In this document: positions 19,894-31,054 of the stretch, piece by piece
Numbering within the stretch: the stretch's first letter is position 1
How the letters are laid out: every line of letters begins with the position of its first letter
Origin: Promethearchaeota archaeon
GTDB lineage: Archaea; Asgardarchaeota; Thorarchaeia; Thorarchaeales; Thorarchaeaceae
Length of the DNA: 64,000 nucleotides
Reading direction: 5' to 3'
Assembly (NCBI GenBank): GCA_014728035.1
Contig: WJMJ01000059.1
Coordinates: forward strand, 128,001 to 192,000
The notes under the pieces: generated by a model
What the model was told of the DNA's origin: nothing
The model's database searches: none
What the model saw: only the letters and a program-made list of their open reading frames with translations
Made by a program: the position numbers and the translations under genes

Positions 19894-19928
19894 ATTAATA
19901 CCGCGGTGTTAAACCGCGTTACATTAAT
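19894..19928. promoter_or_regulatory. Imperfect palindrome in divergent promoter region (candidate operator)
   Basis: ATTAATAC-CGCGGT-gttaa-ACCGCG-TTACATTAAT between glmU and a wHTH gene. Confidence 0.4.
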
Positions 19929-20034
19929 CTGCCCTGCGATAGATTAATAAGGGTTTTCGTATATACAAGACATGTCGTGTGGTCAGTATCAGTGAGCTGC
20001 ATCCACATGGAAAATATAGAGGTGAAATTACAAA

Positions 20035-20280
20035 ATGATGAGCGATGAAGAATTAGCCGCTGAACTCAAGGACCTCAAACTCACTAAGAGTCAAAAGATT
20101 GTTCTTGATATCCTTCGTAGTACTGGAAGAGACGGCGTTACTCCTAAGCAGCTCCTGGACAAAGTTTCCTTTGCACCAAGAACTGTCCGATACGCCCTTC
20201 GCAAACTACTGAAGAAGAAGCTAATCAAACGTGTGCCTTGTTTACAGGACATGCGTCAATGGATATATGTACCTGCATAA
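20035..20280 (+). CDS. Small winged-helix (MarR-like) DNA-binding protein
   Basis: LTKSQKIVLDIL, RTVRYALRKL, PCLQDMRQWIY. Confidence 0.8.
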   Translation: MMSDEELAAELKDLKLTKSQKIVLDILRSTGRDGVTPKQLLDKVSFAPRTVRYALRKLLKKKLIKRVPCLQDMRQWIYVPA

Positions 20281-20417
20281 TCAGGTTCAGAATAGAGGCC
20301 GTTTTTATGGTCTTATTCGGTTTTGGAACTGTTTTCAAAACCATTTGAATTGCTAACTAGTGATAGTTAGGCAATATTATCAATTGGTGAGCAATCACCA
20401 ACAGCTGGGGTGACAAT

Positions 20418-21086
20418 ATGGATACGGTAAAAATTCTGACTGGAGAAGCAGTAAGTGCTGCAGTGCATGCGCTTAATGATCAAACACGAAGACAGATCTT
20501 GCATGCATTGCGTGCACGAAGAATGTCAACCAGCGACTTGTGTGAATTCTTAGCAGAACGTGATCCTGAAAAGAAAATCAAGCCCCAAACTGTGAGATAT
20601 CACTTGAAAGAACTTGAGAGTGCAGGTCTTGTCGAACAAGATGGTTATGCTCCAGCTGGAAATGGTGATTCTCATATTCAAAAGAAAATTTGGAGAGCTA
20701 CTGCTGAAAACATATTCATTGCAACTGGTGATATGGACGGACTTCCAGAAAGGGCAAATCCTTCCTTAGAAAAGACCTTGGACCTTGTTGCAATAATGAA
20801 GCAAATTGGTTTTCATATTCCCGATGATGAAGTCTTAGCAAAACTAGCAAATGATTTTGTTGAAAGGGACAAGCTTCTGAAAAAAGGACGAACTCGTGCC
20901 AAAGCTACACTTAGTGATATTCCTGCAATTGATCCTGGTGTCTATCTTTCCCTACGAAGGATTCTAAGTATTATTCAACTTGGAGAGCATGAATACGACC
21001 TTTATTGGGAATTGACTAATCGTGTTTGCAGTATCCTTCGTGATGCATACAAAAATGGCGTTGGCAAGAATCCTGAGGTTTACTAA
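20418..21086 (+). CDS. ArsR-family winged-helix regulator with C-terminal helical domain
   Basis: ALNDQTRRQILHAL, QTVRYHLKELESAGLV. Confidence 0.82.
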   Translation: MDTVKILTGEAVSAAVHALNDQTRRQILHALRARRMSTSDLCEFLAERDPEKKIKPQTVRYHLKELESAGLVEQDGYAPAGNGDSHIQKKIWRATAENIFIATGDMDGLPERANPSLEKTLDLVAIMKQIGFHIPDDEVLAKLANDFVERDKLLKKGRTRAKATLSDIPAIDPGVYLSLRRILSIIQLGEHEYDLYWELTNRVCSILRDAYKNGVGKNPEVY

Positions 21087-21089
21087 TTT

Positions 21090-23381
21090 CTATTTCTTAT
21101 ATTGTGAGGTAAGCAATCGTCTTATTGTTCCTGCGATTTTAGGCCCAACACCTTTCACTCGTTGAAGTTCTTTTTTATCCGCATTGAAAATGTATTCAAG
21201 AGTACCAAATTCTGAAAGAATTGCCCTAGAGGTTACTGTATCTACTCCTGGGAATCCGGATAAAATGTATTCAAGAGTTTCTGAATCACTACTTCCCATT
21301 TCACCCGTTCTTGTTCTGAGAGTTTTCTTTTCACTTATTTGTTCAAGGTGTGCTAATCTGTACAGTACTTGAGCTGTTTCTTCTGGGTTTCTAGTCCAGA
21401 GAATTGGAATTTGTATCCTTATTGCAATGGATGCCAGTGCGCCATATATTGAGGCAGGATTTACTCCACGGAGTCCGATTATCTGCTCACCTTCAATGAT
21501 AAGAACTGGTCTTTGATAAGCTGATCTGAGTGAACTCAACTGAGAAAACAATCGACCATCTATCATTGATTGGATGAAATCGTTACTCTCTTTTCTTTCA
21601 ATGGCTACATCCTCTGAAGCAATGTAATCTCCAATCTCAAGTGCTTCTCCCTGGATGATTACTCCTAGTCTTGCGAGTTCTCGTGCAACACCTGTAGATA
21701 ATTCTCGTGAATCAACTATCATTGTAATTTTATCGTTCCCTTTTTCTGAACTAAGCGGAGTGTCTCCTGGAGAAATAGCGTCTTCTTTTTCTTCTACAAA
21801 GTCCTCCAAACTTGTTTGGCTATCATCTGTTTCTTTTGCATCTTCTAGAGCTGCTGGCATCTTTTTCAGTTTCCGAATCACACTCCAATGATAAAACTCG
21901 TCATGGGTATCTTTTGCAACAAAAATGATTACTTGTCCTGGTGAGTGTCTCCCTGTTCTTCCTCTCCTCTGAATATATGGAACCACTGATGGTACACAAT
22001 CATAGAAAACAACTAAATTGCATTCTGGAATATCAAGACCCTCCTCTCCTACTTGAGTTGCAACTAAAATATTGAACTCATTATTCCTGAATCCTTGTAG
22101 TACCTCTACTTGCTTCTTTTGAGTGAATCCCTTGTCCGATCCTTTTGAGCTCTGTCCTACAAATCTACTGACACGAGCATCTTCAAGTTGTTCTAGGGTT
22201 TCTGTAACTTCTGCTGCAGTGTCTCTGAATCTTGTGAACACCAAGATTCGTGAATCTAAATCATTTGAAAGCTGCTCACTTACTATTTCAAGAATCGTAT
22301 CCGCTTTTGGATGACGATATCCCTTTGATACCAAAGCGTCCAATAAGTTCTCAAATTGATGGAATTCAGCTCGGGAAACTAAATCTTGAACTCCCTTTGA
22401 GCTTCTCTTATTCCTTATTTCTTCATACATTCCCTGAATATATCTCAATGTTGGTGTAAGCCCTTGTGTGCCTACAAACTCGAGCAAGTGTACAATTCGA
22501 AGTGATGCTGTTAATTTCTTAATCAATAGAAACAGATGTTTTGGTGGTTTCGTATATGTTCCAATCTCCTTGCGAATCTGAGCTTGAGTTTTTAGAATGT
22601 CTTTTTTGCTTATCCGACGGCTTGACCCTACGGAATATCCATAATTTCTAATGGGTGATGTATATGATTCTAGCAAATCATACAGAATATCTCGAAGAAC
22701 TTCCACCTCTGGTGGGAGTATTATGTATCTGATATCACTATCGATTGATACTATGTATTTTTTCACATCTTCACTTTCTGCAGTTCGGACCTCTACTTTA
22801 TTCAATCGCAAGTTTTTGCGTACTTGTCTTATTTGATCTGCTTCATGTCCAGGAGATGCTGTAAGCCCGAGCGAAAGCTGGTTTCTGCCTTGTTGCTCAT
22901 AGAGTTCTGCGATAAATGTATATGCATAATTCCCAACACCTCTATGAGCTTCATCAAAAACAATTAGTGATACATCATTCAAATTATAGCTATTTTGAAC
23001 TAAATCATTTTGGAGCGATTGTGGTGTCATCACAGCTATTTTGACTGTATTCCACGAAGCTCTTCTATTTTCAGGACCTTCTTGACCCGTAAGACATACA
23101 ATCTCTTCGTTTCCAAGTGTAAGCACTCTTTGTAAGAATCTCGCTTGCTGGTCTACTAAAGGTCTAGAAGGAGCGAGAATTAGCACTTTTGAGTCTGGGT
23201 ATTCTACAAGTCTTTTAGCTGCTAACAGTGCGGCAATGACAGTTTTTCCTAGACCCGTACTGAGAACAATGAGAGTGCTCTCTTTAGCAGCACTTTCTGC
23301 TAAATTCATCTGATACTCTCTATACTCTATACTCTTTGGTTTGATCAAGCCCATTTCGACATAGTGTACTGGTTTTACCAT
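21090..23381 (-). CDS. hef: Hef helicase-nuclease (FANCM/XPF-like)
   Basis: TGLGKT, DEAH, TASPG, QRRGRTGR, ERCC4 nuclease VDSRE/ERKE, HhH; internal PIP-like QTSLEDFV. Confidence 0.93.
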   Translation of the reverse strand: MVKPVHYVEMGLIKPKSIEYREYQMNLAESAAKESTLIVLSTGLGKTVIAALLAAKRLVEYPDSKVLILAPSRPLVDQQARFLQRVLTLGNEEIVCLTGQEGPENRRASWNTVKIAVMTPQSLQNDLVQNSYNLNDVSLIVFDEAHRGVGNYAYTFIAELYEQQGRNQLSLGLTASPGHEADQIRQVRKNLRLNKVEVRTAESEDVKKYIVSIDSDIRYIILPPEVEVLRDILYDLLESYTSPIRNYGYSVGSSRRISKKDILKTQAQIRKEIGTYTKPPKHLFLLIKKLTASLRIVHLLEFVGTQGLTPTLRYIQGMYEEIRNKRSSKGVQDLVSRAEFHQFENLLDALVSKGYRHPKADTILEIVSEQLSNDLDSRILVFTRFRDTAAEVTETLEQLEDARVSRFVGQSSKGSDKGFTQKKQVEVLQGFRNNEFNILVATQVGEEGLDIPECNLVVFYDCVPSVVPYIQRRGRTGRHSPGQVIIFVAKDTHDEFYHWSVIRKLKKMPAALEDAKETDDSQTSLEDFVEEKEDAISPGDTPLSSEKGNDKITMIVDSRELSTGVARELARLGVIIQGEALEIGDYIASEDVAIERKESNDFIQSMIDGRLFSQLSSLRSAYQRPVLIIEGEQIIGLRGVNPASIYGALASIAIRIQIPILWTRNPEETAQVLYRLAHLEQISEKKTLRTRTGEMGSSDSETLEYILSGFPGVDTVTSRAILSEFGTLEYIFNADKKELQRVKGVGPKIAGTIRRLLTSQYKK

Positions 23382-23527
23382 TTTTCATTCTCACACCAAG
23401 GTCTGTATTATTTTATATCGTTATCAGTAAAAAGCCTCCTACTATTTGCAATTCCGTTCTATTTCAACCGTATAATACTCGCTCTAAAAAAGTAACAATT
23501 CAATCCTTGATATAGGAGTCTAGAATT

Positions 23528-23863
23528 ATGACAAGTAGTGATTCAGTTCCAACTATTGAAGCTGAGCTATACGAACTTAGTATGCCAGGTAGATTACTTG
23601 GCAAGGAAGTACTAGATAGTAGAGCTCGTCGTATAGGAATCGTCCGGAGCATTCGAATTGCACTACATCCAACTCGTTCGGAATTAATCGTTAAGGGTGC
23701 TGAAGTAGAATTCCCGATTGATTTTAGCAAAGTTGAAACAGTTGGGACTGTTGTTCAGCTCAATTCATTAGTGAAAGATGCTGAAGAAATTGAAGTTCAT
23801 GATGTAATTCGTTTACAAAAAGAAGTTCTAGATGATATTCGAAGTTATCTTGGTGGTAGATAA
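23528..23863 (+). CDS. PRC-barrel domain protein
   Basis: LLGKEVLDSRARRIGIVRSI...IDFSKVETVGTVVQL. Confidence 0.75.
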   Translation: MTSSDSVPTIEAELYELSMPGRLLGKEVLDSRARRIGIVRSIRIALHPTRSELIVKGAEVEFPIDFSKVETVGTVVQLNSLVKDAEEIEVHDVIRLQKEVLDDIRSYLGGR

Positions 23864-23931
23864 ACCTCGTCTTGCCCCTTCGAAGATGTTAATAGCAATC
23901 TTGAACCATCATCATCTTCGGAGCTAATCTT

Positions 23932-24597
23932 ATGGAGCTAACAATCGAACAACTTGCCAAAATGATTGATCATACTGAGCTCAAACCAAATGCATCTCGA
24001 AAAAAAATCGAGAAAATTTGTGAAGAAGCTAGGCATCATAATTTTGCAGCTGTCTGTATCAATCCTGTACATGTTCAATATGTTTCAGATTTACTGAAAG
24101 GGTCAAGTGTGCAGGTATGCTGTGTGGTTGGATTTCCACTCGGTTCAAATTTGTCTGAAATAAAGGCAAAAGAAGCTGAACTTGCAGTTTCTCAAGGTGC
24201 TCATGAAATTGATATGGTTCTAAATGTGGGTGCATTGCTAGACAAGGATTACGACTATGTCAAGTCAGACATTCATAGTGTCGTAATGGCATCAGGCTCT
24301 GCGTCCGTAAAGGTAATTCTCGAAACTGGTTTCCTTTCTGATGAAGAGATTCGCAAAGCATGTCTTTTAGCTAAAGAAGCTGGTGCTGACTATGTCAAAA
24401 CCTCGACAGGATTTGGCCCTCGTGGAGCTTCAGTTCATGATGTTGAAATAATGCAGGATGTAGTTGGTGAGGATTTGAAAATTAAGGCTGCTGGTGGTAT
24501 TCGTAACTTCGAGACCGCTTTAGAATTGATTAAAGCGGGTGCAGACAGGTTAGGTGCTAGTGCAGGTGTTGCAATAATCAAAGGATTTCCGAAGTAG
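23932..24597 (+). CDS. deoC: Deoxyribose-phosphate aldolase
   Basis: IDHTELKP, VVGFPLG, EIDMV, KTSTGF, KAAGGIR. Confidence 0.95.
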   Translation: MELTIEQLAKMIDHTELKPNASRKKIEKICEEARHHNFAAVCINPVHVQYVSDLLKGSSVQVCCVVGFPLGSNLSEIKAKEAELAVSQGAHEIDMVLNVGALLDKDYDYVKSDIHSVVMASGSASVKVILETGFLSDEEIRKACLLAKEAGADYVKTSTGFGPRGASVHDVEIMQDVVGEDLKIKAAGGIRNFETALELIKAGADRLGASAGVAIIKGFPK

Positions 24598-24646
24598 ATG
24601 GAAACGCTATATTTGTTTTAAGTCACCATTTGGAGTGTAGAACTAG

Positions 24647-26593
24647 TTGGCAAGAAAAAGGCGAAGAAAATTCCGACGCGGTCATGCTCCATATCTTGGA
24701 AAAATACGTTTCAATTGGTGTGATTCATGTAATGTTCCTCTAGTAGGCAAAAACCAATGCAGCATTTGTGGCGAGAAACCTCGCAAAGTAAAGATTTCTC
24801 CTCCTGGTGATCCCTTTCCTGCAATGGAGGGTCATCTTGAAAGGGCAATTTCAACAATCGATGAACACTTTGGCACTGATGTCGGAAAGAAAGTTCTTCC
24901 CTCAAACAAAACTATTGTGATGAACAAGGTGTCTGCTCTTGATGCCATGTACGAAATTATTGTTGATGGATATGTTATTGGTCGTCTACGTTTTGATATT
25001 CCCAAAAAAGGCTATTCTCTACTTCTATCAATAGAAGGAGGACGTCGTATCGGTGCAGTTAGCAAGAAGAAATGGGTTTCTTGTTATGATGATGTTATTC
25101 CCTACCTCCGAAAAGGAGCTAATCTGATGGTTCCTGGAATTATTGGATGTGATAGTGGTATTGAGATTGGAGACGAAGTTTGGCTAATTGATCAGAGTGG
25201 CTCTGTAATTGCAGTAGGAACTGCTAGAATGAGTGGTACTGAAATGGCTGAATCAAACAAGGGTTATGCAATTAAAATCCGCACATTCTCTGAGCATCCA
25301 TACCCTCGCATCAATAGCAAAACCTCTACTTGGGACGATGCGGTTTTAGCAAATAGCGTTCATCTTGAAAAAATCGAATCTGAGGCAATATCATTTATTC
25401 GCAAGATTGCTGATAGGTATGACTATCCTAAAGTAGTTGGATTTAGTGGAGGAAAAGACTCGCTTGTAACTTACCTTTTGGTCGAACATGCTTTGAAAAA
25501 GAGTCCTCCCCTTTTTTTCATGGATACTGGTTTAGAACTTCCCGAAACAATTCAATATATCAATGATTTTGCATCTCGCCATAACACAACTATTGTTGGG
25601 CAAGATGTGGGTAACCGATTCTGGAGTTCAGTTGATGTTTTCGGTCCTCCTGCACGAGACTTTCGATGGTGTTGTAAGGTTCTTAAACTTGGTCCTGCAG
25701 CAAAAGCTATATCTGAAGAGATGGGTGGCAATACTGTTTCTTTTATGGGCCAGAGAAAACTAGAATCTTTTCAGAGGTCCATTGAACCTAGAGTAACATC
25801 CAATCCTTGGGTGCCTGGACAAACATCTGCTAATCCTATTCAGCGGTGGAATGCACTAGAGGTTTGGCTATACATTTTCAGAGAACAAGAGCCTTTCAAT
25901 ATGCTTTACAATAAGGGATATCATCGTATGGGCTGTTACTTGTGTCCAGCTTCTCCTTTAGCTGAAATATATAGTCTTAGTGAAACTCATCCAGAGCTTT
26001 ACAGAAAATGGCGGGATAAGTTACTGGAATGGGCAGACAAATTTGGCTTTCCTAAAGCCTGGGCGGATTACGGATTCTGGAGATGGAAAACTTTACCCAA
26101 AGGCCAAATGAACTTGATTCGTAAAATGGATTTAGAAATCAGAAAAGATCGTCCTAGCCCCAAACAGAAGCTAGAACTTAATGTTGTAAAGGGGGTTTCT
26201 CCTTGTGTGTTAGCTGGTTATAGTCTAGAAGGCCAATTTTCAGAGGGAATTGATTTAGAACGGATTGCCAACATTGCACCAATTTTTGGAAAAACCAATT
26301 TATCTGAGGAGTTAGGTGCGCTTCGTATTGTATCGGGTGGTACTACCATCAATTTGTTTTCTTCAGGATCCCTTGTTATTCGAGGAAATGATGAAAATGA
26401 GATTGAAAATCTTACTAAGCAGTTTGAAAGGGCAACAACACGTGCAATCTTTTGCCAATCTTGTGAATCATGTATTCCCCAATGTAAACATGAAGCACTG
26501 ATAATTCGTGATGGAAGAATAGCTGTTGATACATCAATGTGTGTTCAGTGTTTGGAGTGTGATAATTGGCCTTGTCCAACCTATCTTGCGTAA
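24647..26593 (+). CDS. PAPS-reductase-family protein with PUA and ferredoxin-like domains
   Basis: N-terminal CxxC ribbon, PUA-like GANLMVPGI, FSGGKDS, RWCCKVLK, RMGCYLCP, C-terminal Cys clusters. Confidence 0.85.
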   Translation: MARKRRRKFRRGHAPYLGKIRFNWCDSCNVPLVGKNQCSICGEKPRKVKISPPGDPFPAMEGHLERAISTIDEHFGTDVGKKVLPSNKTIVMNKVSALDAMYEIIVDGYVIGRLRFDIPKKGYSLLLSIEGGRRIGAVSKKKWVSCYDDVIPYLRKGANLMVPGIIGCDSGIEIGDEVWLIDQSGSVIAVGTARMSGTEMAESNKGYAIKIRTFSEHPYPRINSKTSTWDDAVLANSVHLEKIESEAISFIRKIADRYDYPKVVGFSGGKDSLVTYLLVEHALKKSPPLFFMDTGLELPETIQYINDFASRHNTTIVGQDVGNRFWSSVDVFGPPARDFRWCCKVLKLGPAAKAISEEMGGNTVSFMGQRKLESFQRSIEPRVTSNPWVPGQTSANPIQRWNALEVWLYIFREQEPFNMLYNKGYHRMGCYLCPASPLAEIYSLSETHPELYRKWRDKLLEWADKFGFPKAWADYGFWRWKTLPKGQMNLIRKMDLEIRKDRPSPKQKLELNVVKGVSPCVLAGYSLEGQFSEGIDLERIANIAPIFGKTNLSEELGALRIVSGGTTINLFSSGSLVIRGNDENEIENLTKQFERATTRAIFCQSCESCIPQCKHEALIIRDGRIAVDTSMCVQCLECDNWPCPTYLA

Positions 26594-26688
26594 GAACTTG
26601 TTCAAATAAATTCTGTTTCTTCAGTCAAGTTTAATTGTCTGTTCTGAACTCACACTACTAGGTCGTAAATACAAAAGGAAGGATTAGA

Positions 26689-28029
26689 ATGCTTCGAGCA
26701 ATTAGTTTCAAAATCTATGAATTACGACGCTATCTTGTATTGAGTCTTGTTATTTCAATGATGGCTATTCCCATAGCAAATTCTATTGTAATTGAACGCG
26801 ATAGAAATCGAAATGAGATGTATGGAGAGGCTTTTTGGATTTACGGATTTGGTGTCTACAATATGACAGATACCGAGGTAGCAGAAGCATTAGATCCTAC
26901 TTTTGGTTATGATGATGGGCTTCATACCTTGCCAGAATATCTTGGAAATGTTAAGTATGAATATCCTGTTTTCGGTCTCATATTCTTTGCAATAGCGACT
27001 TGGATATTTCCTGGGGGCGGACCACTACAGCCCTTATGGTTGAATTTTCTGATGACTCTTGTATTTCACCTTAATCTTGTTCTCATTGCGATTCTTCTCA
27101 AGGAACGATTGTATGAACAAGAGTGGGCACGACTATTTGTAGGCGGCTATTACGTCTATGGGCTTATCATGTCCGCAGGTGGTGGTAAATTAGAACCATT
27201 AGTGGACTGTCTATTTCTAATGGCACTAGTTCTACACCAAGAAAAACAATATGGGAAGTCCATGTTCACACTGGGTCTCGCATTTCAAACAAAAATTTAC
27301 CCCGCAGTTGCATTTCCTGTATTCTTTTTGGTAAATCCTTTGTCTTCTGTATGGTTCTTCATATCAATGATTATTACTGTGGTTCCTCTAACAATGTTTG
27401 GTGTTGGATTTGACTCGTTAATCAAACATTTCTTGAATACATCAGAATACTCGCAACAGATAGTCAATCCTACATTTCCGGGGTTAGTGCAATCTCCGAT
27501 ACTTCCTGATGCCACCTCTTCTTATCTTTGGCTTCCTGCACTAATTCCTGTAATCCTCTACATAGCTTTTGTATTATACACCTTCCCCTTGTATCTTCCT
27601 GAGAAGAAAGAATTCTTTGATGCATCTTTATATGACAAATTTAAGAAATTGATTCCTCTATACGTCTATTTACTCCCTGGTATACTATTTGTATTTCGCT
27701 GGGTTATGCCTTGGTATCTGATGTGGTTATCATCAATGATATTTGTCTTCAAATCTGAACGGCATTCACATGGTTACATTAAACATCTGACGATTGTCGG
27801 ATTGGTATACGCCTATGGTGTATTAGTTAATCTGCCCTATTTCCTCTCCGGCCCACTACCAGATTTTCTCGGCCATTTTCCATTAGGTTGGCTTACGCTA
27901 CTTGGAATGGCACTGTTGGTAGTTCTCTCGGTGATAGCTTTTGTTATCTGGAGTAAAGAAATGAAGAAACGCGAGTATCATGATAAATTAGTTCAAGAAG
28001 CTGAAGCTCGTGGAGAGTTGGTGATTTAA
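26689..28029 (+). CDS. Multi-pass membrane protein, GT-C (GT87-like) glycosyltransferase
   Basis: EYPV loop motif, AFQTKIYP, PWYLMW; about 10 TM segments. Confidence 0.55.
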   Translation: MLRAISFKIYELRRYLVLSLVISMMAIPIANSIVIERDRNRNEMYGEAFWIYGFGVYNMTDTEVAEALDPTFGYDDGLHTLPEYLGNVKYEYPVFGLIFFAIATWIFPGGGPLQPLWLNFLMTLVFHLNLVLIAILLKERLYEQEWARLFVGGYYVYGLIMSAGGGKLEPLVDCLFLMALVLHQEKQYGKSMFTLGLAFQTKIYPAVAFPVFFLVNPLSSVWFFISMIITVVPLTMFGVGFDSLIKHFLNTSEYSQQIVNPTFPGLVQSPILPDATSSYLWLPALIPVILYIAFVLYTFPLYLPEKKEFFDASLYDKFKKLIPLYVYLLPGILFVFRWVMPWYLMWLSSMIFVFKSERHSHGYIKHLTIVGLVYAYGVLVNLPYFLSGPLPDFLGHFPLGWLTLLGMALLVVLSVIAFVIWSKEMKKREYHDKLVQEAEARGELVI

Positions 28030-28502
28030 TCACGTACTCTCCCATTCTCAGCGTAGTACTTGATAATACGCTCTCGGATAAGCGTTGAAGAACAAAGACC
28101 GTCTGCTTTTTGTTTTTTCAACCTTACAATTTGTGTTGATACTCCTCTTGAAGCAAAACTGTTTTGTAGTGCATCAATGTCAGTTTTTTGATCATATCCA
28201 AGAGCAATGATGTCAGGACTCAGATCTCTAACAATTTTCGTATGGTCTGTGGTTTCATATCCAACAATTGCTTTATCTACAATTTGCAGGGACTCGACTA
28301 ATTTTCTTCGTTGCTCTTGGGGAAAGACTGGAGGTGCTCCCCTCTCTCTTTCGATGGTGTCATCTCTTGCAATAACTACTACAAGTATACCCTCCTTACC
28401 AGCAAGCTCTCTTGCTTGATTTAGGTAAGCTAGATGTCCTAGATGAAGGATATCGAATTTTCCTGCTGCAAGAACCTTCTTGCCTGACATAGTCGTCTTC
28501 AA
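28026..28502 (-). CDS. ribL: Archaeal FAD synthase (cytidylyltransferase family)
   Basis: GKFDILHLGH, VVIARD, PDIIALGYDQ, CSSTLIR. Confidence 0.85.
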   Translation of the reverse strand: MKTTMSGKKVLAAGKFDILHLGHLAYLNQARELAGKEGILVVVIARDDTIERERGAPPVFPQEQRRKLVESLQIVDKAIVGYETTDHTKIVRDLSPDIIALGYDQKTDIDALQNSFASRGVSTQIVRLKKQKADGLCSSTLIRERIIKYYAENGRVRD

Positions 28503-28519
28503 CCTCTGCTGTGGTTTCT

Positions 28520-28780
28520 CTAATCTTCATCCACAGCAAGGAATTCGTGACCTTCACCTATTACTTCAATCCTTCGCTTTGTTTTGGTGATTTGACTAAC
28601 ATGAACTAATCCATTGATTTCAAGCTCAAGTAATGCGGCATTGAGCTCTCCTTCACTAGGAACTCCTCCAGTTTCTTTTTTGAGAGCTCTACCAAGTTCA
28701 TCATCAAGTATTATCCCATGACGTTTTGAGAGGATTTTCATAATGCTGTTTCTAAGTGGCATTGGATTCCATGTTGTCAT
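28520..28780 (-). CDS. Small winged-helix-like hypothetical protein
   Basis: ELNAALLELEINGLVHV; co-oriented between cdc48 and ribL. Confidence 0.6.
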   Translation of the reverse strand: MTTWNPMPLRNSIMKILSKRHGIILDDELGRALKKETGGVPSEGELNAALLELEINGLVHVSQITKTKRRIEVIGEGHEFLAVDED

Positions 28781-28798
28781 TTCTCAATATCTCCTTGT

Positions 28799-31054
28799 TT
28801 AGATTACCCCTGGTGGTCCTGCAGAAGTAACACCTGCAGTTTTTCTTAGTTCTCGTTCAAGTTTGACATAGCGGTCAAGATCTTCTTTACTAACCGATGG
28901 ATGCATACTCTTGAGAGCTGATTCAAAATGCTTCCACGAAACTATTTCGATATCTATATCCTCTCTAAGAGCTCTCATTCCTGCTTCACGGCAGAGTGCT
29001 TCAATATCCCCGCCAACAAAATTCTCTGTTTCTGCAACCAATCTTGCAATGTCAACATCATCCGCAGTTGGCATTTCTGAGGTGTAGATATCGAAGATTT
29101 CTTTTCGACTCTCTGCGTCTGGAGCACCTATGTATACAAATCTATCAAATCGGCCGGTTCTCCTCAAAGCTGGATCGATTAGGTCCGGACGATTTGTTGC
29201 AGCAAGAATAATTATGTCTTTCATCGATTCCAGTCCATCCATTTCTGTTAAGAGCTGGCTTATCACTCTCTCAGTAACATGACTGTCACCTGCAGACCTC
29301 CCTCTTGTGGGTGCAATGGCATCAATCTCATCAAAGAAGATGATTGCAGGAGCTGCGGTTCTTGCTTTCCTAAATACTTCTCGAATAGCTTTTTCGCTTT
29401 CTCCGACCCATTTGGATAAGAGCTCTGGGCCTTTAACACTGATGAAGTTGGCTTGGCTTTCAGTTGCCACAGCTCGTGCTAGTAGCGTTTTGCCGCATCC
29501 TGGTGGTCCAAATATCAAGACACCTTTTGGAGCAGTGATGCCTATTCGTTTGAATGCTTCTGGTCTCTTCAAAGGCCATTCAACCACTTCAATCAGCTCC
29601 TGTTTTTCGCTCTGAAGACCTCCGATTTTATCCCATGTCACATCTGGTACTTCTACAAAGACCTCTCTTACTGCTGATGGTTGTATTTCTCTAAGTGCAC
29701 CAACAAAATCATCACTGGTAACTTCAAGTTGGTCCAAAACATCTTGAGGTATTTCTTCATCATCAAGGTTGATTTTGGGAAGGTATCTTCGTAAGGCTTT
29801 CATTGCTGCTTCACGACAAAGGGCCTGTAAATCAGCACCAACAAATCCGTGAGTAATCTTTGCCAAGTCTTCAAGGTCTACTTTACTTTTACCTTCTTCA
29901 GATAATGGCATACCTCTTGAATGGATATGCAATACCTCTAGCCGACCTGTTTCATCAGGAACCCCTATCTCAATCTCTCTATCAAATCGACCTGGCCTTC
30001 TAAGAGCTGGGTCCAAGGCATTTACTCTGTTTGTCGCACCTATTACAACTACTTGCCCTCTGGCCTTTAGTCCATCCATTGTAGCTAGCAACTGTGCCAC
30101 AACTCGTCTCTCAACTTCTCCTTGAACATCTTCTCTTTTTGGTGCGATAGCGTCTAGCTCGTCTATGAAAATAATACTTGGCGCATTTTCTTCAGCATCT
30201 TCGAATATTTTTCTAAGTTTTTGTTCCGACTCACCATAGAATTTGGACATAATTTCGGGTCCATTGATATGGATGAAATTAGCTTCAGATTCTGATGCTA
30301 CTGCCTTAGCTAATAGTGTTTTTCCGGTGCCTGGAGGGCCATGTAAAATCAAACCTCGTGGTGGATCTATACCCAATCGCTTGAATATTTCGGGGTGCTT
30401 CATGGGTAGTTCTACCATCTCTCGAATTCTTTGTATAGGTTCTGAAAGACCCCCAATCTCTTCATATGTCACCTGTGATGTCCCGACAGTATCTCCAGCA
30501 GGTTTTTCTGCAATTGTCAATATAGTGGAGTGTTGTACAACTACTGTTCCAGCAGGTTTAACCGATGTTACTTTGAACGGAATTGCACGTCCAAGAATTG
30601 GAATGAACACAGTGTCTTGAGTTGTGACAGGACAATTCAAAAGTTTGCGCTTCACGAATTCCTCGAATCTTGGTTCAGGACGTATTGGTACTGAAGTTGG
30701 AGCTAATGTGATATTTCGTGCTGATTCTTCATTTGCCCTTGAAACTTTTACTTTTTCACTTAGACTTACTCCAGCGTTCCGTCTAATCCTGCCATCCATT
30801 CGAATGATTTCGCGCCCTTTATCGCCTTGATATGCTGGCCAAGCTATAGCTGCTGTTGTCCTTTTTCCCTTAATTTGAATAATATCGCCAGTTCTGACAC
30901 CCAGTTTGTCCATTGAAACTGAATCAATACGGACGATGAATCTACCAATGTCTCTATGTTCCGCTTCTGATACTTTCAGCACGATTTCAACCAATTCTAA
31001 ATCCTCCGTGCTCAGTAATTGAGAGCTATTAACAATACCATCATTGTATTGCAA
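28799..31054 (-). CDS. cdc48: CDC48/VAT AAA+ ATPase
   Basis: N-domain plus two AAA modules ([31 protein letters not shown]); true start may be a few codons downstream. Confidence 0.95.
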   Translation of the reverse strand: MQYNDGIVNSSQLLSTEDLELVEIVLKVSEAEHRDIGRFIVRIDSVSMDKLGVRTGDIIQIKGKRTTAAIAWPAYQGDKGREIIRMDGRIRRNAGVSLSEKVKVSRANEESARNITLAPTSVPIRPEPRFEEFVKRKLLNCPVTTQDTVFIPILGRAIPFKVTSVKPAGTVVVQHSTILTIAEKPAGDTVGTSQVTYEEIGGLSEPIQRIREMVELPMKHPEIFKRLGIDPPRGLILHGPPGTGKTLLAKAVASESEANFIHINGPEIMSKFYGESEQKLRKIFEDAEENAPSIIFIDELDAIAPKREDVQGEVERRVVAQLLATMDGLKARGQVVVIGATNRVNALDPALRRPGRFDREIEIGVPDETGRLEVLHIHSRGMPLSEEGKSKVDLEDLAKITHGFVGADLQALCREAAMKALRRYLPKINLDDEEIPQDVLDQLEVTSDDFVGALREIQPSAVREVFVEVPDVTWDKIGGLQSEKQELIEVVEWPLKRPEAFKRIGITAPKGVLIFGPPGCGKTLLARAVATESQANFISVKGPELLSKWVGESEKAIREVFRKARTAAPAIIFFDEIDAIAPTRGRSAGDSHVTERVISQLLTEMDGLESMKDIIILAATNRPDLIDPALRRTGRFDRFVYIGAPDAESRKEIFDIYTSEMPTADDVDIARLVAETENFVGGDIEALCREAGMRALREDIDIEIVSWKHFESALKSMHPSVSKEDLDRYVKLERELRKTAGVTSAGPPGVI

